A stretch of DNA of 64,000 nucleotides from an uncultured Chthoniobacter sp. (GTDB lineage Bacteria; Verrucomicrobiota; Verrucomicrobiia; Chthoniobacterales; UBA6821), in assembly GCA_964402065.1 (NCBI GenBank), contig CAYOAN010000001.1, positions 200,920-264,919 of the forward strand. Reading direction: 5' to 3'. The position numbers were made by a program, and so were the translations under genes. This document shows, piece after piece, positions 29,429 through 38,805 of this stretch (positions within the stretch are counted from its first letter, which is position 1; each line of letters starts with the position of its first letter). The notes under the pieces were generated by a model. That model ran no database searches. It saw nothing but the letters and a program-made list of their open reading frames with translations, and had not been told where the DNA came from.

Positions 29429-30308
29429 GGGGGGCCTTATGGCACGTTACCTCGATCCCAAGAACGATTTTATTTTTAAGAGGATTTTTGGCCAACATCC
29501 TGAGTTGCTCAGGAGTTTTCTCAATGCTGTCTTGCCTCTGCCTGAGGAGTGTGTGATCGAAAGTCTAACGTATCTTCGAACTGAAAACGTTCCCGAGGTT
29601 CCCGCACTCAAATATTCTATCGTTGACGTTCGGTGTTGTGATAATCACGGTCGCCATTTTATTGTGGAGATGCAGTTGCAGTGGACGAGTGATTTTATTA
29701 AACGGATGCTGTTTAATTCAGCTACAACTTATGTTCGGCAACTCGAAAAAAGAGAACAATATCGAGATTTGAGCCCAGTCTATGGCTTAGCCTTGCTGGA
29801 TACTAAGTTTGATCAAGGTGAGGAGTGGTTTCACCACTACCAGATGACGCATGCCATTAATAAAGATAAAACCCTGGATGATATCCAACTTGTTTTAATC
29901 GAGCTTCCCAAGCTTAAGCCAACAACAATGAACCAAAAAAAATTGGCCATTTTGTGGCTTCGTTTTTTAAAAGAAATTGATGAGCGAACTCAAGAAGTGG
30001 ACCCTAACTTGCTGAATGTTGCACCGATCAAAGAGGCTCTTCATCTTCTTGAAATTGCTTCTTACGACGAAACTGAATTAATGGCCTACGATCGAGAGTG
30101 GGATGCTGTTAGATCGGAAAAAACATTGTTGAGTGGTAGGTTTGAAGAGGGGAGAGCAGAGGGGCGTGCAGAGGGCGAAGCCAAGGGTATCGAAAAAGGA
30201 AAGGCTGAGGTTGCAATGAAGCTGTATCAGACAAAAGTACCGATAAGCCAAATTGCCAATGTTACAGGGTTTACCGAAGAGCAACTCAAGGAGTTAGGCT
30301 TGAACTGA
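29427..30308 (+). CDS. Rpn-family recombination-promoting nuclease / PD-(D/E)XK putative transposase
   Basis: 293 aa. YLDPKNDFIFKRIFG N-terminus, nuclease core SIVDVRC...HFIVEMQ, C-terminal GRAEGRAEGEAKGIEKGKAE repeat typical of the family. Alternative start at 29439. Confidence 0.88.
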   Translation: MGGLMARYLDPKNDFIFKRIFGQHPELLRSFLNAVLPLPEECVIESLTYLRTENVPEVPALKYSIVDVRCCDNHGRHFIVEMQLQWTSDFIKRMLFNSATTYVRQLEKREQYRDLSPVYGLALLDTKFDQGEEWFHHYQMTHAINKDKTLDDIQLVLIELPKLKPTTMNQKKLAILWLRFLKEIDERTQEVDPNLLNVAPIKEALHLLEIASYDETELMAYDREWDAVRSEKTLLSGRFEEGRAEGRAEGEAKGIEKGKAEVAMKLYQTKVPISQIANVTGFTEEQLKELGLN

Positions 30309-30320
30309 GCTCCAAGTAGC

Positions 30321-32108
30321 ATGTTCAACAACTTGTTAAAGACGTTCTTGGAAAAACTTTCATCTCCCATCTTTCGTTGTCTGTTTTTCTTTGTTGTTGC
30401 TAGCGTTCTGCTAACAGCAATACATGCTGATGTAACGCTGCCTGCTATCTTTGGCGATCATATGGTCCTTCAGCAGGGAGCATCCTTGCCAATTTGGGGG
30501 GAAGCTGATCCGGGCGAGCGAATAACGGTGAAATTTGTTGGGCAGCAAGTAACAACAATCGCACGCCAAGATAGACAGTGGCGCGTTAATCTCCGACCAG
30601 TCTATCTTCGTAGTTCATCTGATGTTTTGATCGTTGATGGGAAAAATCATTTAGAATTTTCTGATGTGCTTGTAGGGGATGTCTGGCTTTGTTCCGGGCA
30701 ATCTAATATGGCATTTCCATTAAAGGCCGCAGAAGGAGGGGAGGCTGCGGTCATACATGCTCACGATGATCAAATGCGTTTTTTTGTTGTTCCTGAAAAG
30801 TGTGCTTTGATGCCACAACGCCAATTAGAGGGAAGATGGGAATGTTGTTCTCCAGAGGCAGCGGCCAATTTTTCTGCAGTTGGATATTTTTTTGGGCGAG
30901 ATATTCGTATGGCAACAGGAATGCCGATTGGCTTGATTGGAAGCTATTGTGGAGCTACTTCAATACAAGCCTGGATGAGTCTTGCCGCGTTGAAGCAGGC
31001 TCCTTCTTTTGGGCATTATCTTGCCGAATATAATCAAATCGTCCGTGATTTTGCAAAAAATCAAGAGGCTTATGATCAGCGAGAAAAAAACTATGAACAA
31101 GAATTAGCCACATGGGAAGAAGAGGTTGGAGCTCCTTATCAAGCTGAATTGGCAGATTGGAAGCTTAAATGCAAAGAGGCTTGTTCAAAGCTTTGGGCTC
31201 AACCATTAAAGCCAGATCCACTATCTCCAAAACCAATGCGTCCTTTGTCGCCAAATGGAGGTACCACAGCGCCGACTATTTTTTTTAATGCAATGATTGC
31301 TCCACTCATTCCCTATGCGATTACGGGGGTAATTTGGTATCAAGGAGAAGCTAATGAAAATAGAGAATCTAAAAAATCATGGATGGCGGCACTCCCAAAA
31401 GGTGGTACTAAAACTAATATTCCTGACGCATTTGAATATCGACGGCTCTTTCAACGACTCATTCGTTCGTGGCGTGCGGCTTGGGGAGAAGGGCCATTTC
31501 CTTTTTATTTTGTTAGCTTGGCTGGATTTCGGAAGCCGACTCTCGATCCTATTGAAATGCTAGTTGATGATGAAGGAGAACTGAATCCTGGATGGGCTTG
31601 GGTTCGTGAAGGGCAAGCGACGGCGCTTTTCCTTCCTGAGACAGGAATGGCAGTGACCACAGATATAGGAAGTCCGAATGATATTCATCCAAAAGACAAG
31701 TTGGATGTAGGGCGCCGGCTAGCATTGCTTGCACGGAAAAATCTTTATGCCCAGCCTGTCGTTGCAAGTGGTCCAACCTATCGTTCTATGAAACAAGAAG
31801 AAGGTAAAATTCGCCTTAGTTTTAGTAATATTGGTAAAGGGTTGACTGTTGCTGCTCCTGCGTGGCGATATGACGGAGGAATGATTGTGCCGCGTTCTTT
31901 ACAAGGTTTTGCTATTGCCGGAGATGATCGCCATTGGTATGACGCAGTAGCGCTTATTGAAGGGAATGAAGTTACCGTCTCGAGTGAACTTGTTCTAAAG
32001 CCAACAGCAGTGCGTTATAACTGGAAAGATAATCCAACGGGCAATTTTTATAACAAGGATGGCCTGCCTGCAGCACCCTTTCGAACTGATTTGGATCAAC
32101 CTCGTTAG
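30321..32108 (+). CDS. Sialate O-acetylesterase (SASA-domain SGNH-like esterase)
   Basis: 595 aa. N-terminal signal/anchor, CSGQSNM nucleophile motif, WYQGEAN, NDIHPKDK. Confidence 0.88.
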   Translation: MFNNLLKTFLEKLSSPIFRCLFFFVVASVLLTAIHADVTLPAIFGDHMVLQQGASLPIWGEADPGERITVKFVGQQVTTIARQDRQWRVNLRPVYLRSSSDVLIVDGKNHLEFSDVLVGDVWLCSGQSNMAFPLKAAEGGEAAVIHAHDDQMRFFVVPEKCALMPQRQLEGRWECCSPEAAANFSAVGYFFGRDIRMATGMPIGLIGSYCGATSIQAWMSLAALKQAPSFGHYLAEYNQIVRDFAKNQEAYDQREKNYEQELATWEEEVGAPYQAELADWKLKCKEACSKLWAQPLKPDPLSPKPMRPLSPNGGTTAPTIFFNAMIAPLIPYAITGVIWYQGEANENRESKKSWMAALPKGGTKTNIPDAFEYRRLFQRLIRSWRAAWGEGPFPFYFVSLAGFRKPTLDPIEMLVDDEGELNPGWAWVREGQATALFLPETGMAVTTDIGSPNDIHPKDKLDVGRRLALLARKNLYAQPVVASGPTYRSMKQEEGKIRLSFSNIGKGLTVAAPAWRYDGGMIVPRSLQGFAIAGDDRHWYDAVALIEGNEVTVSSELVLKPTAVRYNWKDNPTGNFYNKDGLPAAPFRTDLDQPR

Positions 32109-32240
32109 AATTGTTAAAATTCCACTGTAGCGATAACGAGCCGTGTAGCACCAGTACTCGTACATTGATACACACATCGTCGCTCTGAGCTCCCTCAGCT
32201 TGCTCTTGTCTATTTCATGCACGATGAGTTCAGATTTAGC
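32106..32240 (+). repeat. Diverged family-1-like element beginning with the esterase stop codon
   Basis: TAGAATTGTTAAAATTCCACTGTAGCG compares with the TIR TAGAGCATTTTCAAAATTCTATAGCCG. The interior resembles the 63128-63264 copy (..GCTTGCTCTTG..). The right boundary is approximate. Confidence 0.45.
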
Positions 32241-32250
32241 AATTTTCAGT

Positions 32251-32285
32251 TTGTACGTTGTAGTGTGTAAACTATAACCTGTAGC
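32251..32285 (+). promoter_or_regulatory. Tandem heptad array (TTGTACG TTGTAGT GTGTAAA CTATAAC CTGTAGC) 7 nt upstream of the ffh ATG
   Basis: Five contiguous units in register. Confidence 0.55.
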
Positions 32286-32292
32286 TTTTCTT

Positions 32293-33657
32293 ATGTTTTC
32301 TCGTCTTTCTGATCAACTTCAACAAACTTTTAAAAATCTTCGAGGACAAGGCCGCATTACGGAATCAAATGTTTCCGAGGCGCTTCGAGAAGTCCGTCTA
32401 GCCTTGCTAGACGCTGATGTTCATTTTCAAGTTGCTAAAGATTTTATAGCGCGTGTGAAAGAAAAAGCATTGGGGGAAGAAGTGCTTAAGAGCGTTACTC
32501 CTGGCCAACAGATCGTCAAAATTTTTCACGATGAATTAACTCAATTGCTCGGCGGAGATGCCGCTCCTCTCAACTTAAATAAACCAGGGCGTCTTTTAAT
32601 GGTCGGTTTGAATGGCGCTGGAAAAACGACTTCTTCTGCAAAGCTTGCGAAGTGGTTGAAAGGCCAAGGTCATCATCCAATGCTTGTTGCACTTGATTTA
32701 GTGAGGCCTGCAGCGATTGAGCAATTGGTTGTTCTCGGTAAGCAGATAGATGTCCCTGTGTTTGCACCAGCCTCTGGTGCCAAAGATGTAATGGTTGTGG
32801 TTAAGGAGGCTCTTGCATGGTGCGACCAGCAACAAGGAAATGTTACAATCTTTGATACAGCTGGGCGTCGAGAGATTAATGAAGCACTAATCAGTGAGCT
32901 GAAACAACTCAAAGAGTTTCTAAAGCCAGAAGAAATTTTATTAGTCTGCGATGGAGCTACTGGACAACAGGCTGTCAGCGTGGCTGAACGTTTTCATGCG
33001 GCACTTGGATTAACTGGTCTCATTCTGACAAAGCTTGATGGAGATGCTCGTGGCGGTGCAGCACTTTCATTGCGCTCCGTGACTGGAAAGCCAATCAAAT
33101 TTGTAGGTGTCGGAGAGAAGCTTGATCAATGGGAGCTATTTCATCCTGACCGTTTAGCGGGGAGGATTCTTGGGATGGGAGACATTGTCAGCTTTGTTGA
33201 AAAAGCCGCAGAGGCGGTTGAGATGGATGAAATGATGCAGTTAGAAAAAAAACTGAAAACATCATCTTTGGATCTCAATGATTTTTTAATGCAGCTCAAA
33301 ATGATTCGACGCATGGGACCATTAGAAAATCTTCTTGGAATGTTGCCAGGAGGAGCGAATCTTCCTACAAATGTTCTTAATGGAAAAGAGCTCACTCGAA
33401 TTGAGGCAATTATTTTTTCGATGACTCCACAGGAGCGCCAGCGCCCGGAGATCCTGAATGCACGCCGACGCCAGAGAATTGCTCAAGGTAGTGGGACGAG
33501 CGTAACGGAGGTGAATAATCTCCTTCTTCGCTTTCAGCAATTAAAGAAGATGACAAAAAATATGGGGCAAATGAAAAAAATGCTGGCTCAATTTGGGAAA
33601 AAAGGTTCTAATACTTCACTTTCTCAACATTTACCAAATCGATTCCCATGGCAGTAG
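32293..33657 (+). CDS. ffh: Signal recognition particle protein
   Basis: 454 aa. N-domain MFSRLSDQLQQTFKNLRG, GTPase GLNGAGKTT / DTAGR / TKLDG, Met-rich M-domain. Confidence 0.97.
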   Translation: MFSRLSDQLQQTFKNLRGQGRITESNVSEALREVRLALLDADVHFQVAKDFIARVKEKALGEEVLKSVTPGQQIVKIFHDELTQLLGGDAAPLNLNKPGRLLMVGLNGAGKTTSSAKLAKWLKGQGHHPMLVALDLVRPAAIEQLVVLGKQIDVPVFAPASGAKDVMVVVKEALAWCDQQQGNVTIFDTAGRREINEALISELKQLKEFLKPEEILLVCDGATGQQAVSVAERFHAALGLTGLILTKLDGDARGGAALSLRSVTGKPIKFVGVGEKLDQWELFHPDRLAGRILGMGDIVSFVEKAAEAVEMDEMMQLEKKLKTSSLDLNDFLMQLKMIRRMGPLENLLGMLPGGANLPTNVLNGKELTRIEAIIFSMTPQERQRPEILNARRRQRIAQGSGTSVTEVNNLLLRFQQLKKMTKNMGQMKKMLAQFGKKGSNTSLSQHLPNRFPWQ

Positions 33658-33899
33658 CAATTAGACTTCGTCGCGAAGGAGCGCGTAATCATCCTTTTTA
33701 CCGTATCACTGTGGCAGACCAACGTAGCCCGCGTGATGGCAAATTTATTGAACTTATCGGACACTACGATCCAAAGAAAAAAGAAGAAAATTTTTCTATT
33801 GATTTAGAGCGCGCCGAATATTGGTTGAGCGTTGGAGCTCGCCCATCTCAAACTGTAAAAAGTTTTATTACTAAGGCTCAAAAAAAGGCTGGTAAGTAA
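33648..33899 (+). CDS. rpsP: 30S ribosomal protein S16
   Basis: 83 aa. MAVAIRLRREGARNHPFYRI. 10-nt overlap with ffh. Confidence 0.95.
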   Translation: MAVAIRLRREGARNHPFYRITVADQRSPRDGKFIELIGHYDPKKKEENFSIDLERAEYWLSVGARPSQTVKSFITKAQKKAGK

Positions 33900-33948
33900 T
33901 CAACTTAACATTCGAGAGTATCAAGACTTTTCAAAGATATTACATTCT

Positions 33949-34143
33949 ATGAAACAGCTCTTTCTTTTTTTCTTCGCAGGATTAGTTCTTGTGCTGGGAG
34001 TTGCTTGCGATCGTCATCCTGTTTCGCAAACAATTCCTGGTTATCAAGAAAAAAGTCATCTCCTTGAAAGTAAACAGGCATTAACCCCTGCAAGGCATCC
34101 CGTGAAGTTTTTTTCAGAGAAAAAAACGACATCCTTAAATTAA
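33949..34143 (+). CDS. Small putative lipoprotein
   Basis: 64 aa. MKQLFLFFFAGLVLVLGVAC has a lipobox-like LGVAC. No homology is recognisable. Confidence 0.45.
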   Translation: MKQLFLFFFAGLVLVLGVACDRHPVSQTIPGYQEKSHLLESKQALTPARHPVKFFSEKKTTSLN

Positions 34144-34211
34144 ATTGCTTTTCTAGGTAGGTGGTCTTTTGTGAGGGTTAAATTTAAGAGTTCTTGCGAT
34201 TTAGTTTTGCT

Positions 34212-34889
34212 ATGAACCTCGTTCTCTTTGATCTTGATCATACCTTACTCAATGGCGATACCCAAAGTGAGTGGGGGCGTTATTTAGCAGATCATGGAGT
34301 TATTGATTTGAAGGAATATCAAAAAGCAATGGCTGTTTTTTATGCAGCCTATCGCCGAGGGAAATTGGATATTCCAGCATTGATAGAGTTCCAAATTGGT
34401 ATTTTGAAGCTGCATTCTCGCTCAGTAATAGAGGCATGGCGCGAGCAATTTGTGGAAGAGCGTATTCGTCCTTTGATTGTACAAGCAGGATGGGAAGCTG
34501 TTATAGAGCATCAAAAGCAGGGAGATGATCTCGTTTTGATAACGGCAACAAATGAATTTCTCACAACACCCATCGCAAAACTTTTGGAGATTCCTCATCT
34601 CATTGCTTCGCAGGAAGAATATGATCAAGTAGGAAACTTCACAGGGCGATGCTATGGAGTTCCTTCCTACCGTGATGGGAAAATTACACGCCTGCATCAA
34701 TGGTTTGAAGAACAGCAGCGTTCAAGAGAACATTACGACAAAGTTGTGTTTTATAGTGATTCCCATAATGACATCCCGCTTCTTTCTTTTGTAGATGAGC
34801 CAATTATCGTGAATCCTGACGCAAAACTTCAAGAATATGCTTTAAAAAGGCAATGGAAGATTGTTGACTTTGGAATTCAGCGTAAGTAG
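34212..34889 (+). CDS. HAD-IB family hydrolase (SerB-like)
   Basis: MNLVLFDLDHTLL (DxDxT motif I), ITATNEF, SDSHNDIPLL. ATG 34212 is preferred over TTG 34194. Confidence 0.85.
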   Translation: MNLVLFDLDHTLLNGDTQSEWGRYLADHGVIDLKEYQKAMAVFYAAYRRGKLDIPALIEFQIGILKLHSRSVIEAWREQFVEERIRPLIVQAGWEAVIEHQKQGDDLVLITATNEFLTTPIAKLLEIPHLIASQEEYDQVGNFTGRCYGVPSYRDGKITRLHQWFEEQQRSREHYDKVVFYSDSHNDIPLLSFVDEPIIVNPDAKLQEYALKRQWKIVDFGIQRK

Positions 34890-35115
34890 GTTCCTGAATT
34901 CCGTTAAAATGAAAACACAGATTTTTCTGCAGCTGCATTTTTATTTTGTGAGCCAGTGTGAGTACCTTGCAGTACCTTAGTTGCTTTTTTTACAACAAAG
35001 CAGGGGCTTTCTTTTTTACCTGTTCCTTCAACCTCTTTCTGTAGCTATCAGTGTAGCTTGTGAGCCGAAGATAAAGCGTTCTCGTCATCGGCGCTTTTTT
35101 ATTTTCTATTTTTAT

Positions 35116-36873
35116 ATGAAGCTCCCTAAAAAACCGTTTCCTTTTATCTTTTATTTTGTTTCTCAGCAATGGATCAAATGCCTTCTTGCTGTGATTGCTG
35201 CTGCTTCTTGGGGTGTTTACAGCGCTATTTTTCCCTACTTTATCAAAAGTCTAATTAATTCTTTAGAATTCCATCCTACTTTTCCAATTCCTGCGATAAG
35301 TCTGAAAATAACAGGAATGATTATAGCATTGTGGATTGTAGCGCATCTCTTTCATATCCTCCAAGGATTTGTCTTTCGCGTTCATTTTTGTGCACGGTTC
35401 AGAGCTTCTATTAGAGAGGCTCTTTTTCAATATGTACAAACACATTCAACATCCTATTTTTCAAATCATTTTTCAGGAACTATCGCTGGCAAAATATCAG
35501 ATATTCCTACGAATTGTGAACGGATGATCAGTATGATGTGCGTTGAATTTACAACAGCCTTTGTCATGGCTCTGACCATCTTCATTAGCATGTGGCTTGC
35601 GCAACCTTTATTCGCACTGCTCCTATTTGTTTGGCTTGTACTCCACTTTGTCATTACATTTTTCTTTCTTAGAAAAACAAATCTTCTTTTAGAAGAACAT
35701 GCTGATTCTGTGACGACACTTTCAGGAAGGATTGTAGATGTTTTTACTAATATCCAAAATGTGAAGCTGTTTGCTCGTGAACAAAAAGAGCAAGCTGTTT
35801 TTCGTGAAATTCAAGGGCAAGAAGTTGAAAAATCAAATCAAGCTTATACCTACTTAGAATGGACGCAAATAGCATACAGCATCAACCACACCTTTCTCAT
35901 AGGTGGAATGCTATGTCTTTTAATATGGGGGTGGGAATGTCATTGGGTGAGTCTCGGAGATTTTGCACAAATAATGATGCAATCATTTTATCTTTCTGGA
36001 TGGGTATGGTTTATTAGTGATCAAATAAAGGACTTCATCAAAAATAGTGCCACCGTCCATGCCGCTTTGTCACTAATTCAGCAGCCTCATGATATTGTTG
36101 ATATGAATAATGCTGCTGTATTAAAAGTCCAGCGAGGAGCTATTCAATTTAAAGAGGTCGGTTTTTCATATCAGAATCATCCTGTTTTTCAAAATCTCAA
36201 TGTAACAATTCCTGCTGGTGAAAAAGTTGGTCTTGTTGGTTTTTCAGGGGCCGGAAAGACCACGTTTCTTAATCTCATTTTGAGACTCTATGATTTGAAT
36301 GTTGGGAAAATTTTGATTGATGGACAATCAATAGCAACCGTTACACAGCAATCATTGCATCAAAATATCGCCGTCATTCCACAAGAACCTCTGCTCTTTC
36401 ATCGAACGCTGATGGAAAATATTCGTTATGGGCGCTTGGAAGCTTCTGATAAAGAAGTTTTCGAGGCTGCTAAACGAGCACATTGTCACGAATTTATTGA
36501 ACAGCTTCCTGAAAAATATGAGACACTCGTTGGAGAGCGAGGAGTCAAGCTTTCTGGAGGCCAGCGTCAGCGAATTGCCATTGCTCGAGCTTTACTCAAA
36601 AATGCGCCGATTCTTATTTTGGATGAAGCCACATCATCACTTGATTCTCTAACAGAGCAAAAAATTCAAGAAGGACTGAAAGCTTTAATGAAAGGAAGAA
36701 CCACAATTATTATTGCTCATCGTCTTTCAACACTTGCAGCAATGGATCGAATTTTGGTTTTTCATGATGGAAATATTATTGAAGATGGAAGTATTGAAGA
36801 ATTACTTAAGCGAGAAAACCATTTTACAACCCTTTGGAAAATGCAGCAGCGAGATTCTTTGATTGAAGGTTGA
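35116..36873 (+). CDS. ABC transporter, fused permease/ATPase (MsbA-like type I exporter)
   Basis: Six predicted TM helices, Walker [10 protein letters not shown], signature [14 protein letters not shown], Walker [16 protein letters not shown] 35116 is preferred over the TTG 34981 extension. Confidence 0.9.
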   Translation: MKLPKKPFPFIFYFVSQQWIKCLLAVIAAASWGVYSAIFPYFIKSLINSLEFHPTFPIPAISLKITGMIIALWIVAHLFHILQGFVFRVHFCARFRASIREALFQYVQTHSTSYFSNHFSGTIAGKISDIPTNCERMISMMCVEFTTAFVMALTIFISMWLAQPLFALLLFVWLVLHFVITFFFLRKTNLLLEEHADSVTTLSGRIVDVFTNIQNVKLFAREQKEQAVFREIQGQEVEKSNQAYTYLEWTQIAYSINHTFLIGGMLCLLIWGWECHWVSLGDFAQIMMQSFYLSGWVWFISDQIKDFIKNSATVHAALSLIQQPHDIVDMNNAAVLKVQRGAIQFKEVGFSYQNHPVFQNLNVTIPAGEKVGLVGFSGAGKTTFLNLILRLYDLNVGKILIDGQSIATVTQQSLHQNIAVIPQEPLLFHRTLMENIRYGRLEASDKEVFEAAKRAHCHEFIEQLPEKYETLVGERGVKLSGGQRQRIAIARALLKNAPILILDEATSSLDSLTEQKIQEGLKALMKGRTTIIIAHRLSTLAAMDRILVFHDGNIIEDGSIEELLKRENHFTTLWKMQQRDSLIEG

Positions 36874-36904
36874 TCATGACCAGGGCAGTTGTTACGCTCG
36901 CCGC

Positions 36905-37672
36905 ATGAAATGTGTCATTTTAGCAGGTGGCCTCGGAACACGCATTAGCGAAGAGAGCGTGCTTAAACCAAAGCCAATGGTAGAGATTGGTGGAAAACCA
37001 ATTCTTTGGCACGTTATGAAAATCTACTCAGCACATGGTATGCATGAGTTTATTATCTGTGCTGGCTACAAGGGCTATTTAATCAAAGAATATTTTGCGA
37101 ATTATTTTTTGCACATGTCAGATGTGACCTTTGACATGAAGGCCAATAGCATGGAAGTTCATGAACGCTATGCAGAGCCATGGAAAGTTACCATTGTTGA
37201 CACAGGCGAAGAGACAATGACAGGAGGTCGCTTAAAAAAAGTGGAGCGTTATCTTAATGGTGAAACTTTTTGCATGACATATGGTGATGGGGTTGGCGAT
37301 ATTGATATTTCAAAAGTTTTAGAAGCTCATCGGCAGAAAAAGCTCAAAGCAACAATGACTGCTGTTCAGCCACCGGGCCGTTTTGGAGCCTTACATTTAG
37401 AAGACAACAGTGTCACTCATTTCATTGAAAAACCAGAAGGCGATGGCGCCTGGATTAATGGTGGTTTTTTTGTTTTAGAACCTGAAGTGCTCAATCACAT
37501 CGAACATAACAATATCATTTGGGAGCGTGAGCCATTACAACGACTAGCGAAAGAAAAACAATTAAATGCATATCAGCATCGAGGGTTTTGGCAGCCAATG
37601 GATAGTTTACGTGACAAGCAACTTTTAGAAGAGCTTTGGAATGTCGGAAAGGCACCATGGAAAATATGGTAA
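36905..37672 (+). CDS. rfbF: Glucose-1-phosphate cytidylyltransferase
   Basis: [32 protein letters not shown]. About 255 aa, typical of RfbF/DdhA. ATG 36905 is preferred. Confidence 0.92.
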   Translation: MKCVILAGGLGTRISEESVLKPKPMVEIGGKPILWHVMKIYSAHGMHEFIICAGYKGYLIKEYFANYFLHMSDVTFDMKANSMEVHERYAEPWKVTIVDTGEETMTGGRLKKVERYLNGETFCMTYGDGVGDIDISKVLEAHRQKKLKATMTAVQPPGRFGALHLEDNSVTHFIEKPEGDGAWINGGFFVLEPEVLNHIEHNNIIWEREPLQRLAKEKQLNAYQHRGFWQPMDSLRDKQLLEELWNVGKAPWKIW

Positions 37673-37679
37673 AAAAGCA

Positions 37680-38789
37680 ATGACATCGTTTCATACTCAG
37701 CTTGCCAATATCTATCGAGGGAAACGTGTTTTTCTAACAGGTCATACCGGTTTTAAGGGGTCATGGCTTGCGGAATGGCTTTTGAAGCTGGGTGCCGAGG
37801 TGCATGGCTATTCATTAGAACCAGTAACAAGCCCTTCACTTTTTCATCAGCTGGGACTGACTTCGCGTCTACATCACCAGGTTGGAGATGTGAGAAACTT
37901 TGAGGTGCTCCAAAAATCTATAGTGTCGTTTCAACCCGATTTTATTTTTCATTTAGCAGCACAACCACTCGTCCGTTACTCCTATCAGCAACCGCTCAAT
38001 ACTTATGAAACCAATGTAATGGGGACATTGCATGTTCTTGAGGCTTTGCGCTCATTACAACAACAGCAACCTTCTCATCGCATCGTAGGGGTCATGGTGA
38101 CAACTGATAAATGTTATGAAAATGTTGAAAATGGAAAGGCCTACCATGAAAGTCATGCACTTGGTGGACATGATCCTTATAGTTCTAGCAAGGCAATGGC
38201 AGAGATTGGGACAGCAGCCTATCGACGATCCTATTTTTCAAACGCTTCTTCCATTCACATTGCAACTGCACGTGCTGGCAATGTGATTGGAGGAGGTGAC
38301 TGGGCTCATGATCGGATTGTTCCTGATGTGATTCGTGCTTTAGAAAAAGAGGCAGCAGTTCTCGTTCGCAATCCTTCTGCTGTTCGGCCTTGGCAGCATG
38401 TTCTAGAACCACTTGCAGGATACCTGCTCTTGGGAGCTAAATTGACTCAAGATCCCAAACTGGCAGGAGCTTTTAACTTTGGTCCTCTGCTCGAAGAAAA
38501 TTATTCGGTTGCAGATGTTGTTGATGAAATGTTGCAACACTGGCCAGGATCATGGAGAGACGCCAGCGATCCAACTGCGCCTCATGAAGCCCTGCATTTG
38601 AGCCTTTCGATCAAAAAGGCCATGGATATTTTAGGGTGGTATCCTGTTTGGAATTTTAAAGAGACAATTGCACGCACCGTTCAGTGGTACCGAGCTCAGT
38701 ACGAGGATTCGAAAAATGCTCTTGTGTTAACCCAGCAACAGATTGCTGCTTACGAAGCAGCTGCCTTGGCTGTTACCACGCCATGTTAA
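37680..38789 (+). CDS. rfbG: CDP-glucose 4,6-dehydratase
   Basis: VFLTGHTGFKGSWL, YSSSK (YxxxK), C-terminal WYR motif region. ATG 37680 lies 7 nt after the rfbF stop. Confidence 0.92.
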   Translation: MTSFHTQLANIYRGKRVFLTGHTGFKGSWLAEWLLKLGAEVHGYSLEPVTSPSLFHQLGLTSRLHHQVGDVRNFEVLQKSIVSFQPDFIFHLAAQPLVRYSYQQPLNTYETNVMGTLHVLEALRSLQQQQPSHRIVGVMVTTDKCYENVENGKAYHESHALGGHDPYSSSKAMAEIGTAAYRRSYFSNASSIHIATARAGNVIGGGDWAHDRIVPDVIRALEKEAAVLVRNPSAVRPWQHVLEPLAGYLLLGAKLTQDPKLAGAFNFGPLLEENYSVADVVDEMLQHWPGSWRDASDPTAPHEALHLSLSIKKAMDILGWYPVWNFKETIARTVQWYRAQYEDSKNALVLTQQQIAAYEAAALAVTTPC

Positions 38790-38805
38790 GTTTTGATATT
38801 TTTTC

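Noticed and set aside
30140-30200. Short tandem peptide repeat GRAEGRAEGEAKG at the DNA level, considered as a tandem repeat or possible slippage site
   Set aside because: This EG-rich repeat is a normal feature of the C-terminus of Rpn-family proteins and lies in frame within the gene.
34981-35115. Long N-terminal extensions from TTG/GTG starts in the ORF track. They also occur at 36863, 37641, 46098, 46853, 48610, 52389, 34194, 18074, 27315 and 27416.
   Set aside because: In each case an internal ATG gives the canonical family N-terminus and removes overlap with the upstream gene or with a regulatory array. Examples are [26 protein letters not shown] and MHFDVIIIGAG. The extensions are treated as artefacts of maximal-ORF calling.
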